From NCBI RefSeq assembly GCF_013315695.1, contig NZ_CP054353.1: a stretch of 64,000 bases of DNA; one strand, given 5' to 3'. The position numbers and the translations under genes were made by a program. The DNA is from Escherichia coli. Its GTDB lineage: Bacteria; Pseudomonadota; Gammaproteobacteria; Enterobacterales; Enterobacteriaceae. The notes under the pieces are model-generated. The model saw only the letters and a program-made list of their open reading frames with translations. It ran no database searches and had not been told where the DNA came from. This document shows, piece by piece, positions 18,649-33,524 of the stretch (position 1 is the stretch's first letter; each line of letters opens with the position of its first letter).

Positions 18649-18981
18649 TTACATATCTTTCTTAATTTTGTCCCATTCGCCTTTAACTTTATCTTTAAAG
18701 CTGGCTTTTTTATCCTGAGTACAAGCCTGAACGATAGCTGGGGTTACGGTTGCAATACCCTGAACATCTAAAACCGCATCTTCTGGTTTATCTTTGTTGT
18801 TCAGTGCTTCAGCAAAACCAACTGCAGTTGGCTGGAAGGATTCGTCCACAGCCAGGAAATCTTCACAGGTCCAGGAGTTGACCGGTTTTTTGTTATCAGC
18901 TGCTTTTTGTGCATCCGCTGCATTGCTCACTACTGGCAGAAGAAGCAGACCACCAAGAATAACGCCTAATACTTTTTTCAT
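18649..18981 (-). CDS. hdeA: Periplasmic acid-stress chaperone HdeA
   Basis: 110-aa ORF MKKVLGVILGGLLLLPVVSNA-ADAQKAADNKKPVNSWTCEDFL... Confidence 0.9.
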   Translation of the reverse strand: MKKVLGVILGGLLLLPVVSNAADAQKAADNKKPVNSWTCEDFLAVDESFQPTAVGFAEALNNKDKPEDAVLDVQGIATVTPAIVQACTQDKKASFKDKVKGEWDKIKKDM

Positions 18982-19235
18982 CGTAATATCCTCAACTATA
19001 AAGTGAAAGAGCCGTCACGAATCAATTTCGACACTGAGGTTATAACCTGGTTTTCTGTATATGTCATGTTGATGGAAAATATCAAAATCAGATATTTTTA
19101 TTTCAATACAATGAGTTACAGATGCATCAGATACTGTAATTAGGAAATTTTTATTAAATCGACTGCATTCTTACACGCGTTTTTGGCATAGATTGATAGC
19201 AGGGGATTTTCTTCTTAATTTTATAGGGTGGTTCT

Positions 19236-19808
19236 ATGTTATATATAGATAAGGCAACAATTTTGAAGTTTGATCTGGAGATGCTTAAAAAACATCGCAG
19301 AGCAATCCAGTTTATTGCCGTGCTGCTGTTTATCGTCGGGTTGCTGTGTATCAGTTTTCCGTTCGTCTCTGGCGATATTTTAAGCACAGTAGTGGGTGCA
19401 TTATTAATCTGCTCGGGTATTGCGCTTATTGTCGGGTTATTCAGCAACCGCAGTCATAATTTCTGGCCGGTATTATCCGGTTTCCTCGTCGCAGTCGCCT
19501 ATTTATTGATCGGCTATTTCTTCATCCGCGCACCAGAGCTGGGCATTTTTGCCATTGCGGCATTTATTGCCGGTTTGTTCTGTGTGGCAGGGGTTATTCG
19601 CCTGATGAGTTGGTATCGTCAGCGTTCAATGAAAGGCAGTTGGCTACAGCTCGTTATTGGTGTGCTGGATATCGTCATTGCCTGGATATTCCTTGGTGCT
19701 ACGCCGATGGTGTCGGTAACGCTGGTTTCCACACTGGTGGGAATTGAACTGATATTTAGCGCCGCCAGTCTGTTCAGCTTCGCCAGTTTGTTCGTTAAAA
19801 AGCAATAA
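19236..19808 (+). CDS. hdeD: Acid-resistance membrane protein HdeD
   Basis: 190-aa multi-TM ORF divergent from hdeAB. Confidence 0.9.
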   Translation: MLYIDKATILKFDLEMLKKHRRAIQFIAVLLFIVGLLCISFPFVSGDILSTVVGALLICSGIALIVGLFSNRSHNFWPVLSGFLVAVAYLLIGYFFIRAPELGIFAIAAFIAGLFCVAGVIRLMSWYRQRSMKGSWLQLVIGVLDIVIAWIFLGATPMVSVTLVSTLVGIELIFSAASLFSFASLFVKKQ

Positions 19809-19824
19809 TTATCCCTATTTCCAC

Positions 19825-19859
19825 CTGGATCATAGTCACATTAAGTGACTATGATCCAG
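19825..19859 (+). terminator. Perfect 15-bp inverted repeat (ctggatcatagtcac/gtgactatgatccag) after hdeD
   Basis: Read directly; 16 bp after the hdeD stop; only a weak T-tract follows. Confidence 0.5.
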
Positions 19860-20606
19860 TTAATACTCTCTTAGCTATACAGTGTTTCAGTTCAATTACG
19901 CACTATCATTGAAACAATTGCCTGCTGTTGATTATTTCAACCTACTGAATTTAATCTGATTTTTTTCGTTCCATGGCAAATTAGCCATTTCAAACATTAT
20001 CATGGCTGATATTTTCCGTGGTCAGGTTTAATGTTTTAAAAGTGCTGTGGGAAAGTGAACAAAGAGTTCCGTAAGCGTTGATGCTATAGGCGGTTAAATA
20101 AGTAATCCGGGTTCATTTTTTTGCAGCTGGCGTTGATTACATTGCATAAATATCCGTGTCTCCAGACGCTATATAAAAACCTGAAGACATGAATGAGTTA
20201 TCTACTCAGGTAATTTCAATGCGTTAAAAGAAAGCTGGCAATCCAATTGCCAGCCTAAGTCGAAACAAGGAGACTCGATATTTAAATCGGATTACATTTT
20301 AACTTTAGTAATATTCTTCAGAGATCACAAACTGGTTATTGATAACTTATTCTTGGGCAGTAATCCGCAAACGTTAACCTTTTGTTTACTGGTTACAAAC
20401 TGATAACAACCAGGAATCTTACTTAGGATCAATATATGGAGTGCGTGATGGATAAATCTGAAGTATTGATTAGTGTTAATAGACGTATTAGTTCACGAAG
20501 GGCAAAGTTCTTATAGGCGTTTACTATATTGAACAACGATTCGGACAAGGATGTAAATAATGAAAAGGATGACATGTTCGAAACGATAACGGCTAAGGAG
20601 CAAGTT

Positions 20607-21134
20607 ATGATTTTTCTCATGACGAAAGATTCTTTTCTTTTACAGGGCTTTTGGCAGTTGAAAGATAATCACGAAATGATAAAAATCAATTCCCTGTCAG
20701 AGATCAAAAAAGTAGGCAATAAACCCTTCAAGGTGATCATTGACACCTATCACAACCATATCCTTGATGAAGAAGCGATTAAATTCCTGGAGAAATTAGA
20801 TGCCGAGAGAATTATTGTTTTGGCACCTTATCACATCAGTAAACTAAAAGCTAAAGCGCCTATTTATTTTGTCAGCCGTAAAGAAAGTATCAAAAATCTT
20901 CTTGAGATTACTTATGGTAAACACTTGCCCCATAAGAATTCACAACTATGTTTTTCACATAATCAGTTCAAAATTATGCAACTGATTCTGAAAAACAAAA
21001 ATGAAAGCAATATCACGTCAACGCTCAACATTTCGCAACAAACATTAAAGATTCAGAAATTCAACATTATGTACAAGCTGAAATTAAGACGTATGAGCGA
21101 CATCGTCACCCTGGGTATCACATCTTATTTTTAG
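20607..21134 (+). CDS. gadE: LuxR-family acid-resistance master activator GadE
   Basis: ORF 20529..21134; start set to MIFLMTKDSFLLQGFWQL... (175 aa); about 800 bp regulatory region upstream. Confidence 0.9.
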   Translation: MIFLMTKDSFLLQGFWQLKDNHEMIKINSLSEIKKVGNKPFKVIIDTYHNHILDEEAIKFLEKLDAERIIVLAPYHISKLKAKAPIYFVSRKESIKNLLEITYGKHLPHKNSQLCFSHNQFKIMQLILKNKNESNITSTLNISQQTLKIQKFNIMYKLKLRRMSDIVTLGITSYF

Positions 21135-21472
21135 TAAGGACATAAGCAACTGAAATTGATGGCTGGCATGACGAGGGATGCAGATGCTGATTTCAATACC
21201 CCCGGTGATTATTGAAGGAGAGACGAAAACGACTTTATTCCCCTGGTATGTGTATCCACCAGTAGAACCCTTCGTTGCCCGAATGCTGGCAGAAACTGTT
21301 GGCAGAACGGCAACATTTTTTTTGTCGTTGACCTCACCATGTCGATCATTGTGCTTGCATCCCATCTTACTGGCTGACAACCCCACTATGCCGCTGGTCT
21401 GTAAATCCCTCATATCTCTCCTCGCGCGCAATTTAAAGAACCGTTATTTCTCAAGAATTTTCAGGGACTAAA

Positions 21473-22630
21473 ATGAACAGAAGAAGAAAACTGTTAATAC
21501 CGTTGTTATTCTGCGGCGCGATGCTCACCGCCTGCGATGACAAATCGGCGGAAAACGCCGCCGCCATGACGCCTGAGGTCGGTGTCGTCACACTCTCCCC
21601 CGGTTCGGTCAATGTGTTGAGCGAATTGCCCGGTAGAACCGTTCCTTATGAAGTTGCCGAGATACGTCCCCAGGTGGGCGGTATTATCATTAAACGCAAC
21701 TTTATCGAAGGCGATAAAGTGAACCAGGGCGATTCGCTGTATCAGATTGATCCTGCGCCTTTACAGGCAGAGCTGAACTCCGCCAAAGGTTCGCTGGCGA
21801 AAGCGCTCTCTACCGCCAGCAATGCCCGCATCACCTTTAACCGCCAGGCATCGTTGCTGAAGACCAACTATGTTAGCCGTCAGGATTACGACACCGCGCG
21901 CACCCAGTTGAATGAAGCAGAAGCCAATGTCACCGTCGCCAAAGCGGCTGTTGAACAGGCGACTATCAACCTGCAATACGCAAATGTCACCTCGCCGATT
22001 ACGGGCGTCAGCGGGAAATCGTCGGTGACCGTCGGCGCACTCGTTACCGCTAATCAGGCAGATTCGCTGGTTACCGTACAACGTCTGGACCCGATTTATG
22101 TCGATCTCACGCAGTCGGTGCAGGATTTCTTGCGCATGAAAGAAGAGGTCGCCAGTGGGCAAATCAAACAGGTTCAGGGCAGTACGCCAGTACAGCTCAA
22201 TCTGGAAAATGGTAAACGTTACAGCCAGACCGGCACGCTGAAATTCTCCGACCCGACGGTGGATGAAACCACGGGCTCCGTGACGTTACGGGCGATTTTC
22301 CCCAACCCAAATGGTGACTTGCTGCCTGGTATGTACGTCACGGCATTAGTGGATGAAGGTAGCCGCCAGAATGTATTACTGGTGCCGCAGGAAGGCGTCA
22401 CCCACAACGCCCAGGGTAAAGCAACGGCGCTCATTCTGGATAAAGACGATGTTGTGCAGCTACGCGAAATTGAAGCCAGCAAAGCCATCGGCGACCAGTG
22501 GGTTGTCACCTCTGGCTTGCAGGCCGGCGATCGGGTGATCGTTTCCGGTTTGCAACGCATTCGTCCGGGTATCAAAGCACGAGCAATTTCCTCCAGCCAG
22601 GAAAACGCCAGCACCGAATCGAAACAATAA
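21473..22630 (+). CDS. mdtE: RND multidrug efflux periplasmic adaptor MdtE
   Basis: 385-aa ORF with lipoprotein signal (LLFCGAMLTAC) and membrane-fusion-protein character. Confidence 0.9.
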   Translation: MNRRRKLLIPLLFCGAMLTACDDKSAENAAAMTPEVGVVTLSPGSVNVLSELPGRTVPYEVAEIRPQVGGIIIKRNFIEGDKVNQGDSLYQIDPAPLQAELNSAKGSLAKALSTASNARITFNRQASLLKTNYVSRQDYDTARTQLNEAEANVTVAKAAVEQATINLQYANVTSPITGVSGKSSVTVGALVTANQADSLVTVQRLDPIYVDLTQSVQDFLRMKEEVASGQIKQVQGSTPVQLNLENGKRYSQTGTLKFSDPTVDETTGSVTLRAIFPNPNGDLLPGMYVTALVDEGSRQNVLLVPQEGVTHNAQGKATALILDKDDVVQLREIEASKAIGDQWVVTSGLQAGDRVIVSGLQRIRPGIKARAISSSQENASTESKQ

Positions 22631-22654
22631 CGTTGCAGGCTTAAGGGGACTTTC

Positions 22655-25600
22655 ATGGCTAACTATTTTATTGATCGCCCGGTTTTTGCCTGGGTACTTG
22701 CCATTATTATGATGCTTGCAGGTGGTCTGGCGATCATGAACTTACCGGTTGCGCAGTATCCGCAGATTGCGCCACCGACCATTACCGTCAGCGCTACCTA
22801 TCCAGGTGCCGATGCGCAAACGGTAGAAGACTCGGTCACTCAGGTGATTGAGCAAAATATGAATGGGCTTGATGGCCTGATGTACATGTCTTCAACCAGT
22901 GATGCGGCGGGTAATGCCTCTATTACTCTGACCTTCGAGACTGGGACATCGCCTGATATCGCACAGGTTCAGGTGCAAAATAAACTGCAACTCGCTATGC
23001 CTTCATTACCTGAAGCGGTGCAGCAGCAGGGGATTAGTGTCGATAAGTCGAGCAGTAATATCCTGATGGTAGCGGCGTTTATTTCTGATAACGGCAGCCT
23101 CAACCAGTACGATATCGCCGACTATGTAGCGTCTAATATCAAAGACCCGCTAAGCCGTACCGCGGGCGTTGGTAGCGTACAGCTCTTTGGTTCCGAGTAC
23201 GCCATGCGTATCTGGCTGGACCCGCAAAAACTCAATAAATATAACCTGGTACCTTCCGATGTTATTTCCCAGATTAAGGTGCAAAACAACCAGATTTCCG
23301 GTGGTCAACTGGGTGGCATGCCACAGGCGGCAGACCAGCAACTGAACGCCTCGATCATTGTGCAGACGCGTCTGCAAACGCCGGAAGAATTTGGCAAAAT
23401 CCTGTTGAAAGTTCAGCAAGATGGTTCGCAAGTGCTGCTGCGTGATGTCGCCCGCGTCGAACTTGGGGCGGAAGATTATTCCACCGTGGCGCGCTATAAC
23501 GGCAAACCTGCTGCCGGGATCGCCATCAAACTGGCTACCGGAGCAAACGCCCTGGATACCTCGCGAGCGGTGAAAGAGGAGCTGAACCGTTTATCAGCCT
23601 ATTTCCCCGCAAGCCTGAAGACGGTTTATCCTTACGACACCACACCGTTTATCAAAATTTCTATTCAGGAAGTTTTCAAAACGCTGGTTGAGGCTATCAT
23701 CCTCGTCTTCCTGGTCATGTATCTGTTTTTGCAGAATTTCCGCGCCACAATCATCCCGACGATTGCCGTACCGGTGGTTATTCTCGGGACGTTTGCGATC
23801 TTGTCGGCGGTCGGTTTCACCATCAACACGTTAACTATGTTCGGGATGGTGCTGGCGATAGGGTTACTGGTGGATGACGCCATCGTGGTGGTGGAGAACG
23901 TCGAGCGTGTCATTGCGGAAGATAAGCTACCGCCGAAGGAAGCGACGCATAAATCGATGGGGCAGATCCAACGTGCGCTGGTCGGGATTGCCGTTGTTCT
24001 TTCCGCAGTGTTTATGCCGATGGCCTTTATGAGCGGTGCGACCGGGGAGATCTACCGCCAGTTCTCCATCACGCTGATCTCCTCCATGCTGCTTTCAGTA
24101 TTTGTAGCAATGAGCCTGACCCCTGCCCTGTGCGCCACCATTCTGAAAGCCGCGCCGGAAGGCGGTCATAAACCTAACGCCCTGTTCGCACGCTTCAACA
24201 CGCTGTTTGAAAAATCAACTCAGCACTATACCGATAGCACCCGCTCGCTGTTGCGTTGTACCGGTCGCTACATGGTGGTCTACCTCCTGATTTGCGCCGG
24301 GATGGCGGTGCTGTTCCTGCGCACGCCGACCTCTTTCTTACCAGAAGAGGATCAGGGGGTATTTATGACCACCGCGCAGTTACCTTCCGGTGCCACCATG
24401 GTTAACACCACGAAAGTGCTACAACAGGTGACGGATTATTATCTGACAAAAGAGAAAAATAATGTTCAGTCGGTGTTTACCGTTGGTGGCTTTGGCTTCA
24501 GTGGTCAGGGGCAAAACAACGGTCTGGCGTTTATCAGCCTCAAGCCGTGGTCTGAACGTGTCGGCGAGGAAAACTCGGTTACCGCGATTATTCAGCGGGC
24601 AATGATTGCGCTAAGCAGTATCAATAAAGCCGTCGTCTTCCCGTTCAACTTACCCGCGGTGGCTGAACTGGGTACCGCGTCAGGTTTTGATATGGAACTG
24701 CTGGACAACGGCAACCTGGGGCACGAAAAACTGACCCAGGCGCGAAACGAGCTGTTATCACTGGCAGCGCAATCACCGAATCAGGTCATCGGGGTACGCC
24801 CGAACGGCCTGGAAGATACGCCGATGTTCAAAGTGAACGTCAACGCTGCGAAAGCCGAGGCTATGGGTGTGGCGCTGTCTGATATCAACCAGACAATTTC
24901 CACCGCCTTCGGCAGCAGCTACGTGAACGACTTCCTCAACCAGGGGCGGGTGAAAAAAGTGTATGTCCAGGCAGGCACGCCGTTCCGTATGTTGCCGGAT
25001 AACATCAACCAATGGTATGTACGCAACGCCTCTGGCACGATGGCACCGCTTTCTGCCTATTCGTCTACCGAATGGACCTATGGTTCACCGCGACTGGAAC
25101 GCTACAACGGCATCCCGTCAATGGAGATTTTAGGTGAAGCGGCGGCCGGGAAAAGTACCGGTGACGCCATGAAATTTATGGCAGACCTGGTCGCTAAACT
25201 TCCGGCAGGCGTCGGCTACTCATGGACCGGACTGTCGTATCAGGAAGCGTTATCCTCAAATCAGGCTCCCGCGCTGTATGCCATTTCACTGGTCGTGGTG
25301 TTCCTCGCCCTCGCCGCACTTTATGAGAGCTGGTCAATTCCGTTCTCGGTGATGTTGGTTGTACCGTTAGGCGTCGTTGGCGCATTACTGGCCACCGATC
25401 TACGCGGCTTAAGTAATGACGTCTACTTCCAGGTTGGTTTGCTGACCACCATCGGGCTTTCCGCCAAAAACGCCATCCTGATTGTCGAATTTGCCGTTGA
25501 GATGATGCAGAAAGAAGGGAAAACGCCGATAGAGGCGATCATCGAAGCGGCGCGAATGCGTTTACGCCCAATCCTGATGACCTCTCTGGCCTTTATTCTC

Positions 25601-25768
25601 GGCGTGCTGCCGCTGGTTATCAGTCATGGTGCCGGTTCTGGCGCGCAAAACGCGGTAGGTACCGGCGTAATGGGCGGGATGTTTGCCGCAACAGTGCTGG
25701 CAATTTACTTTGTTCCGGTCTTTTTCGTTGTAGTGGAACATCTCTTTGCCCGCTTTAAAAAAGCGTAA
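22655..25768 (+). CDS. mdtF: RND multidrug efflux transporter MdtF
   Basis: 1037-aa ORF, AcrB-like 12-TM RND permease. Confidence 0.9.
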   Translation: MANYFIDRPVFAWVLAIIMMLAGGLAIMNLPVAQYPQIAPPTITVSATYPGADAQTVEDSVTQVIEQNMNGLDGLMYMSSTSDAAGNASITLTFETGTSPDIAQVQVQNKLQLAMPSLPEAVQQQGISVDKSSSNILMVAAFISDNGSLNQYDIADYVASNIKDPLSRTAGVGSVQLFGSEYAMRIWLDPQKLNKYNLVPSDVISQIKVQNNQISGGQLGGMPQAADQQLNASIIVQTRLQTPEEFGKILLKVQQDGSQVLLRDVARVELGAEDYSTVARYNGKPAAGIAIKLATGANALDTSRAVKEELNRLSAYFPASLKTVYPYDTTPFIKISIQEVFKTLVEAIILVFLVMYLFLQNFRATIIPTIAVPVVILGTFAILSAVGFTINTLTMFGMVLAIGLLVDDAIVVVENVERVIAEDKLPPKEATHKSMGQIQRALVGIAVVLSAVFMPMAFMSGATGEIYRQFSITLISSMLLSVFVAMSLTPALCATILKAAPEGGHKPNALFARFNTLFEKSTQHYTDSTRSLLRCTGRYMVVYLLICAGMAVLFLRTPTSFLPEEDQGVFMTTAQLPSGATMVNTTKVLQQVTDYYLTKEKNNVQSVFTVGGFGFSGQGQNNGLAFISLKPWSERVGEENSVTAIIQRAMIALSSINKAVVFPFNLPAVAELGTASGFDMELLDNGNLGHEKLTQARNELLSLAAQSPNQVIGVRPNGLEDTPMFKVNVNAAKAEAMGVALSDINQTISTAFGSSYVNDFLNQGRVKKVYVQAGTPFRMLPDNINQWYVRNASGTMAPLSAYSSTEWTYGSPRLERYNGIPSMEILGEAAAGKSTGDAMKFMADLVAKLPAGVGYSWTGLSYQEALSSNQAPALYAISLVVVFLALAALYESWSIPFSVMLVVPLGVVGALLATDLRGLSNDVYFQVGLLTTIGLSAKNAILIVEFAVEMMQKEGKTPIEAIIEAARMRLRPILMTSLAFILGVLPLVISHGAGSGAQNAVGTGVMGGMFAATVLAIYFVPVFFVVVEHLFARFKKA

Positions 25769-26130
25769 CGTGTAAATGAGAGTAAGGTTGAACGTGAAGG
25801 TTCAGCCTTACTCTTTCCTGCTAACCATTCACCATTCAACAACCAGCTAACCGTCAGGAATACCAGGCTTAGTACACAGCACTGAAAGTAGAAACCACTC
25901 CAGCCATTCGTCATCAATTTGAACAGCACAATACTGACCCACATTCCCGTAATCGTATGAATTGTCAGCTTAATAATCCCAAACATGCCGAGTCTTTTCC
26001 TCCTGAAAATACCTATACCGCCTGGCAAACTGCGAAAGAGAATTAGCCGGTAGCCCGGCAGAAATCATCAGGGAAGAGTTTCACATGAAGCAGGTGTGAG
26101 ATCCTGACCAATATTCAAATGCAAAATATG

Positions 26131-26859
26131 TCAGGAAAAGGTACCTGGCGAATGTTGCGCAAACTGATGTGGCGTTACACCATAATATTGTCGAAATGTG
26201 TTTATAAAGTACGACGTACTGCTATATCCACATTTTTCCGCAATAGTATGCAGAGGAATTTGACGTAACTCGAGTAATCGTCTGGCCATCGACATCCTGG
26301 AGGCGAGTAATATTTTACTGAAACAGGTATTTTCATCCTGCAACTTTTTTTTGATGAGACTCTCGCTGGTATACATTCTTTCTGCGATATCGCGCAGATA
26401 CCAACGTTTGGCGATATCAAAGCTAATAAGGCGTTCAACTTTTCCTGAAACAGTACTGATACTATTGAAAAGTAAGGGGATCAGTTCTTTCTTATGAGAA
26501 AACATTGATAAACAGGAAAGGTAGAGCATTTTGCTCAGTATCGGCGAATTGACCCGGGGGTCATTGAAACTATCAAAAATCGCCGTCACCAGCGGCATGG
26601 GGGGTGACTGGTTAATTAACAGACGGTCTTTGCTATGTAACCCTAAATTGCGTGGTATCTGACGAATATTTTGTAAGTAATGGCAAACTGTCAGCTCATC
26701 GATATCCAGTCGTCGCGTATCCGGTGAACAAAACGCAAAATCGTCTGCCAAATTTTTATCCAGCAGCAGGATACTCTCGTTGTGCAACGATATTTTTTGC
26801 TGTTCATGATAAATATCGAATGAACGACGAACGAGGATCACCGAGCAGACATGAGTCAT
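26131..26859 (-). CDS. gadW: AraC-family regulator GadW
   Basis: 242-aa ORF with C-terminal AraC-type HTH. Confidence 0.9.
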   Translation of the reverse strand: MTHVCSVILVRRSFDIYHEQQKISLHNESILLLDKNLADDFAFCSPDTRRLDIDELTVCHYLQNIRQIPRNLGLHSKDRLLINQSPPMPLVTAIFDSFNDPRVNSPILSKMLYLSCLSMFSHKKELIPLLFNSISTVSGKVERLISFDIAKRWYLRDIAERMYTSESLIKKKLQDENTCFSKILLASRMSMARRLLELRQIPLHTIAEKCGYSSTSYFINTFRQYYGVTPHQFAQHSPGTFS

Positions 26860-27105
26860 GACTATCCCTTATATTTCATTACTGCGATTATTTCAATTTC
26901 AGTATACTAATGAAATGATGCCAGACTGTTTCTTAGCGCAAAAACTGCCAGATTTGGTAGGACCAAAATTTATCCACAAAGTAGTTTTGCATAACAGTTA
27001 ATTGACAATAAGTAAATGCAACACGAATATATTTTCGCACAGCGTATAGCTTATGTTTATAAAAAAATGGCTGATCTTATTTCCAGTAAAAGTTATATTT
27101 AACTT

Positions 27106-27210
27106 ACTGAGAGCACAAAGTTTCCCGTGCCAACAGGGAGTGTTATAACGGTTTATTAGTCTGGAGACGGCAGACTATCCTCTTCCCGGTCCCCTATGCC
27201 GGGTTTTTTT
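27106..27210 (+). ncRNA. gadY: GadY small RNA (antisense to the gadX 3' UTR)
   Basis: actgagagcacaaagtttcccgtgccaacagggagtg... ending in hairpin cccggtcccctatgccggg + T8; located between gadW and gadX on the strand opposite gadX. Confidence 0.75.
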
Positions 27211-27227
27211 TATGTCTGAGTAAAACT

Positions 27228-28052
27228 CTATAATCTTATTCCTTCCGCAGAACGGTCAGTGCCGTAAAAATTCCCTTGCGCAGCTATACTTGCCGCCGGG
27301 CCACAGTTCGGTAATTCCTGCGCCGATCGCTCCTGATACTCTGTGGGCGTCATCCCATAATAATTTCGAAAAACGTAAATGAAATACGACACGCTGTGAT
27401 ATCCACAGGATACTGCAACTCGCTTAATTGAAACCCCATATATAACAATAAGTTGTAAAGCACGCTGCATCCTACACTCAGTAAGCAACTGTGAATATGA
27501 CGTACCTTCTTCGCGCAATTTTTTCTTTAACAGGCTTGGACTCATCAACAATTCGCTAGCAATTCGGGCTAATGTCCACTCATGGGCGATATTATTATTG
27601 ATGACCGTACAAACTCGTGTTCGCATATTCGGTTGCAACACGTTCAGAAGTAACGGTATAAACTGCGTATCCTCAAGAAAAACAGATAACAACGCAAAGA
27701 TTAATGCCCTTTTACGTAGCATTTCTGCATAGCGAAGATTCTTATTCTGCGATAGTTGCGCAACTTCCTGAAAAACAGGAATATCTCTGGTACAGTGATG
27801 AACGAGTAATGAAGGAACTTTTTTATGTGCATGAAGTTTTAATGCCTCCTCCTTGAGCATCGGGAGAAATAATGAAAGCGTGTCTCTTGAAACTAATACG
27901 AAATTCTCAACACACTTATCCACTTGAATTTGGCTTGCATCCGCAAAAACCAGATCACCGCCATTAAAATAGCGATATTCACCATTAACCATGGTGAGAA
28001 TATATTTATGTCTTGCGTACGCAATTAGACAATTACCATGTAGTGGTTGCAT
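27228..28052 (-). CDS. gadX: AraC-family regulator GadX
   Basis: 274-aa ORF MQPLHGNCLIAYARHKYILTMVNGEYRYFNGGD... Confidence 0.9.
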   Translation of the reverse strand: MQPLHGNCLIAYARHKYILTMVNGEYRYFNGGDLVFADASQIQVDKCVENFVLVSRDTLSLFLPMLKEEALKLHAHKKVPSLLVHHCTRDIPVFQEVAQLSQNKNLRYAEMLRKRALIFALLSVFLEDTQFIPLLLNVLQPNMRTRVCTVINNNIAHEWTLARIASELLMSPSLLKKKLREEGTSYSQLLTECRMQRALQLIVIYGVSIKRVAVSCGYHSVSYFIYVFRNYYGMTPTEYQERSAQELPNCGPAASIAAQGNFYGTDRSAEGIRL

Positions 28053-28352
28053 AGTTGACTTAATATTACATAAACATATTACTGTTTATTAATGTAGCAC
28101 GCCGCCCTCTTAAGTCAAATTGATTGATAAATAAATTTAAACGACGCGGGAAAACAGGATGATAATCTACGGGCAGGATGACTGGATTTATAATACAAAA
28201 GGCGTGCTTAAGAACGCAGTAAAATTAATAGTAAGCAAATAATCCCTTGTAGTGACATTAAGAATATCCGTTACATTGAATAAACATTCATATAACATAT
28301 ATCTTATCAACACGATGAATAGACAGCCAATATATTATTGCGATTAATAAGC

Positions 28353-28397
28353 AACCGAATGCCCAACTGTTTTTTAAAGGTTGGGCATTCGGTTTTT
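28353..28397 (-). terminator. Rho-independent terminator after gadA
   Basis: Perfect inverted repeat aaccgaatgcccaac / gttgggcattcggtt with flanking T/A runs, 15 bp beyond the gadA stop. Confidence 0.65.
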
Positions 28398-28411
28398 ACA
28401 ACGTTATGTTA

Positions 28412-29812
<1,401 letters not shown>

Positions 29813-29891
29813 TTCGAACTCCTTAAATTTATTTGAAGGCAATAAAAAATTAGGATTTATCCGCAATGGAAGCAAGGTATTACAGGCTTAA

Positions 29892-29911
29892 TTTAAATAA
29901 CAAAATCCTAA
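29892..29911 (-). promoter_or_regulatory. GAD box (GadE/GadX-GadW binding site) upstream of gadA
   Basis: Minus-strand reading ttaggattttgttatttaaa matches the GAD box consensus TTAGGATTTTGTTATTTAAA; about 80 bp upstream of the gadA start. Confidence 0.7.
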
Positions 29912-30022
29912 GCATAAAAACGACTTTTTATAATATAAACATTTAACATGATAATATTAAAAACAGACTTTATTATCGTAATAAAAATCGCCCAAACATT
30001 CCTGTTCGGGCGATTAAATTAA

Positions 30023-31420
30023 TTATTGTTTATCCTGCATATACGGCGTGTAAACCCCGTTCAGACTGTGCAGGAAAGCTACGATATCATCCACATCCTC
30101 CTGCGGCAGCTCTTTGCCTACCTGATAGCGCAGCATCAGTTTCACCGCCCCGTCCAGCGTCGGCACGTCACCGCGATGGAAGTACGGTGCCGTTAAAGCA
30201 ACGTTACGTAAACCGGGTACTTTCTGACGCAATTTATCACGCTCTTCTTTAGTAACATTCATACGACCAATATCCGCCGCCGTAATTTCACCAAAGTTAA
30301 AGTCTTTTTTCAGCCCCAACGGTTCGAAGGAACGTCCGCCGAGAATAATACCACCATGACAAGTTGCACATTTATTATCTTTAAATAATTGATAGCCTTT
30401 TTTCTGTTGTGCCGTCAGCGCATTCTCATCTCCACGCAACCATTTATCAAATGGGGAATCCGGCGTAATTAATGTTTTTTCAAATTCAGCAATGGCATCA
30501 GTAATATTTTCACCGCTGAAACCTTGCGGATAGACTTCGAGGAACTGCGCTTTAAGCTGCGGATCTTTTTCCAGCTTAGCAATAATTTCGTCCCAGGATT
30601 TCGACGCCATTTCAATCGGGTTCAACGGCGGTCCACCAGCCTGATCCTGCAATGTTGCCGCACGACCATCCCAGAACTGCTCAACGTTAAATACTGAGTT
30701 AAATACCGTCGGCGCGTTAATCGGCCCAACTGCGCCACCAACACCAATCGATGTTTTTCTGCCATCGACGCCCCCCGCATTCAACGCATGGCAATGAGCG
30801 CATGAAATGGTGCTATCAGCCGATAAACGGGGATCGTGATACAGCGCAAAGCCCAACGCCACTTTTTGCGCATCGGTAGGCAGTTTTTGCGGGATGGGCT
30901 GCACCGGTTCATTACGATGATCCGGTGCAGTATCATTACTGGCGTAATATTCTGCGCGTTGTTTTGCAATCCAGGCGAGTATTTCCGCCCGCTCTTCATC
31001 ACTCACCTTACCCGCCCAGTGTAGCGCGGTATAACGCGTTGGTGGCATGGTTTCATACTGCATTACCCATTCAATCTTATTCAGATCGCTTTGCGAAACG
31101 GGTTTATCAGCCAGCAGAGCCGCACGCACGGCCTCGAGGTTAAAAGATTTATATCCAAGCTTAATGTCGTAATCCATCAACTGTTTCGCGCCAGGAATAT
31201 AATAATAGGCGGGTAATTCTGCCGAAGGCGTATGGCAATAGTCGCATCCTTTTTCGCGAAGAAAACCTAAAACCTGATTATTTTCACTGACAGCAGATGC
31301 CTGAACATCGGCCTGTTTACTGCGTTTATTATCGTGGTACCACACATAACCAGATAACCCTAAATAGCAAATCGCGACGCCAGCCAGGCCGATCGCGGTA
31401 ATACGTGAGACCATTTTCAT
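30023..31420 (-). CDS. yhjA: Di-heme cytochrome c peroxidase YhjA (Ccp)
   Basis: 465-aa ORF with heme-binding CxxCH motifs (CDYCH, CAHCH, CATCH). Confidence 0.85.
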   Translation of the reverse strand: MKMVSRITAIGLAGVAICYLGLSGYVWYHDNKRSKQADVQASAVSENNQVLGFLREKGCDYCHTPSAELPAYYYIPGAKQLMDYDIKLGYKSFNLEAVRAALLADKPVSQSDLNKIEWVMQYETMPPTRYTALHWAGKVSDEERAEILAWIAKQRAEYYASNDTAPDHRNEPVQPIPQKLPTDAQKVALGFALYHDPRLSADSTISCAHCHALNAGGVDGRKTSIGVGGAVGPINAPTVFNSVFNVEQFWDGRAATLQDQAGGPPLNPIEMASKSWDEIIAKLEKDPQLKAQFLEVYPQGFSGENITDAIAEFEKTLITPDSPFDKWLRGDENALTAQQKKGYQLFKDNKCATCHGGIILGGRSFEPLGLKKDFNFGEITAADIGRMNVTKEERDKLRQKVPGLRNVALTAPYFHRGDVPTLDGAVKLMLRYQVGKELPQEDVDDIVAFLHSLNGVYTPYMQDKQ

Positions 31421-31794
31421 TATTCTTCCCTCACGGTGGTGAGTTATTGTGACCCAGAAAATTTTCCAGAATGCTGCAAACGTCTCTGCGAGACAAAGCC
31501 ATCATAAAAAACAGTGAGATACGCTTTTTGATAGGAATCAATCAATTACATGAATATAAACTATCAATAAGATAGCCTGTGCCTATTACCCAGATCAGGA
31601 ATGGCATATCATGATTGCGGCGAGAGCAGGATTGAATGTTCTGAAAATGAAAAACAACACGAAATCCGTATTTTTATAAATTCCATGGATATTAGTGCGT
31701 TATATTTTTTGGCAGGTTAATAAACGTGATCCACCGCACGCTTTGTCGCCCACCAGGCGGAGCGAATGACTACCCTTAAAGAAAAGCCCGATAA

Positions 31795-33474
<1,680 letters not shown>

Positions 33475-33524
33475 TATTTTTACAGCCAGCCGCTAACTTC
33501 CTGCTGGCTGTAAAATTATCCTCT

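Noticed and set aside
21178-21471. 97-aa ORF in the gadE–mdtE intergenic region
   Set aside because: No RBS; the region is more plausibly the gadE 3' UTR and mdtE promoter. Not called as coding.
25705-26028. 107-aa minus-strand ORF overlapping the mdtF 3' end and the mdtF–gadW spacer
   Set aside because: Overlaps the mdtF stop region and a hairpin-containing spacer; no RBS; probably spurious, although a small membrane protein cannot be fully excluded.
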